A stretch of DNA of 64,000 nucleotides, taken from NCBI RefSeq assembly GCF_009914755.1, contig NC_060926.1; one strand, 5' to 3'. Position 1 is the first letter of the stretch, and every line of letters starts with the position of its first letter. Shown here piece by piece: positions 62,951 through 64,000 of the stretch. The DNA comes from the human T2T-CHM13v2.0 reference genome, Homo sapiens. The position numbers and the translations under genes were made by a program. The notes under the pieces were generated by a model. It was not told where the DNA came from and made no database searches. It worked only from the letters and a program-made list of their open reading frames with translations.

Positions 62951-63018
62951 TAATAATCCCAACTTCTTCCTTTCATTATTCCTGACTTGGAGTTTTCCCT
63001 ATTGTATGGATTAAGTAA

Positions 63019-63338
<320 letters not shown>

Positions 63339-64000
63339 GATTAAATAATTTTCTAGTAGGCTCTTCATCTGTTTCATTCCTGGGGATACTGTGATCAATC
63401 AGCCACTAACAAAAAGGAGTCAAAATACCTTGATGCTTGCTCTACTACTGTTTCCCATTGCTATAAATGTGCCTACCTTATCTCTGGTAGTTAAAGTCTG
63501 CCACTTGGTATCTACTATACCCAAATCTCATCATCTTACTGAAATCTCAACTGTGCAAGTTCTATTGTCATACATACCATAAAGTTTTAAACACCGGTGT
63601 TCCCCTCATGCATATCTTTCTTAATTTCTTGGTGAAAATTGTGTCCCCTGGCTTTCTAGGGTGATGCAGTAAAAGAGGGAGATATCAACACTCTCGTCCT
63701 CTTTGTATTCCTTTTTTTTTTTTTGGCATTATGTCATCATAGATGCTGTAGCATCTCAAACTCATAAAATTATTGTTGAGTCCAAAATTCAATGAACTAA
63801 GTAAACTGTTAGAGCCACTTTCAGCTACTTAAGTAGACAGATAAAATACAGAATCTCGGGTAAGAGTACTCATATCAAATTTAGCCTGATATAAATTTGC
63901 AATCTATCCCTTGGAATAATTCCCACATATATTCTTCATGTTACTGTCAATTTATATTTGCAAAATATTGCAGTTTTTTGGAATTATAGCTTATAAGTCA

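Overview
Human (primate) genomic DNA: about 47 Alu pieces, including two AluYa5 copies, a young, essentially human-specific subfamily. The window is repeat-dominated and I can support no protein-coding exon of a known gene. Main content: two near-full-length, same-orientation Tigger1 DNA transposons; two long fragmented ancient L1 elements plus several L1 3' ends; a solo LTR12 (HERV9) nested in an Alu nested in L1; a decayed, internally rearranged ERV-L provirus (gag/pro/RT/IN/dUTPase remnants, 58.2-64 kb, minus strand); a U13 snoRNA retrocopy; many MIR/L2/MLT/MER relics. Unique sequence includes a CpG island with a minus-strand TATA/GC-box/CCAAT promoter layout (~8.0-8.5 kb), a well-formed 68-nt minus-strand candidate exon (9653-9720), a consensus CTCF site (~32.0 kb) and a forkhead/DR1 motif cluster (~45.8 kb). 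I did not find convincing evidence of a novel biological system. The best leads are an unidentified minus-strand transcription unit with a uORF/smORF, the ERV-L LTR+PBS piece sitting inside the provirus, and the apparent sister relationship of the two Tigger1 copies. Repeat family calls rely on recalled consensus sequences and boundaries are approximate unless TSDs or termini are quoted.
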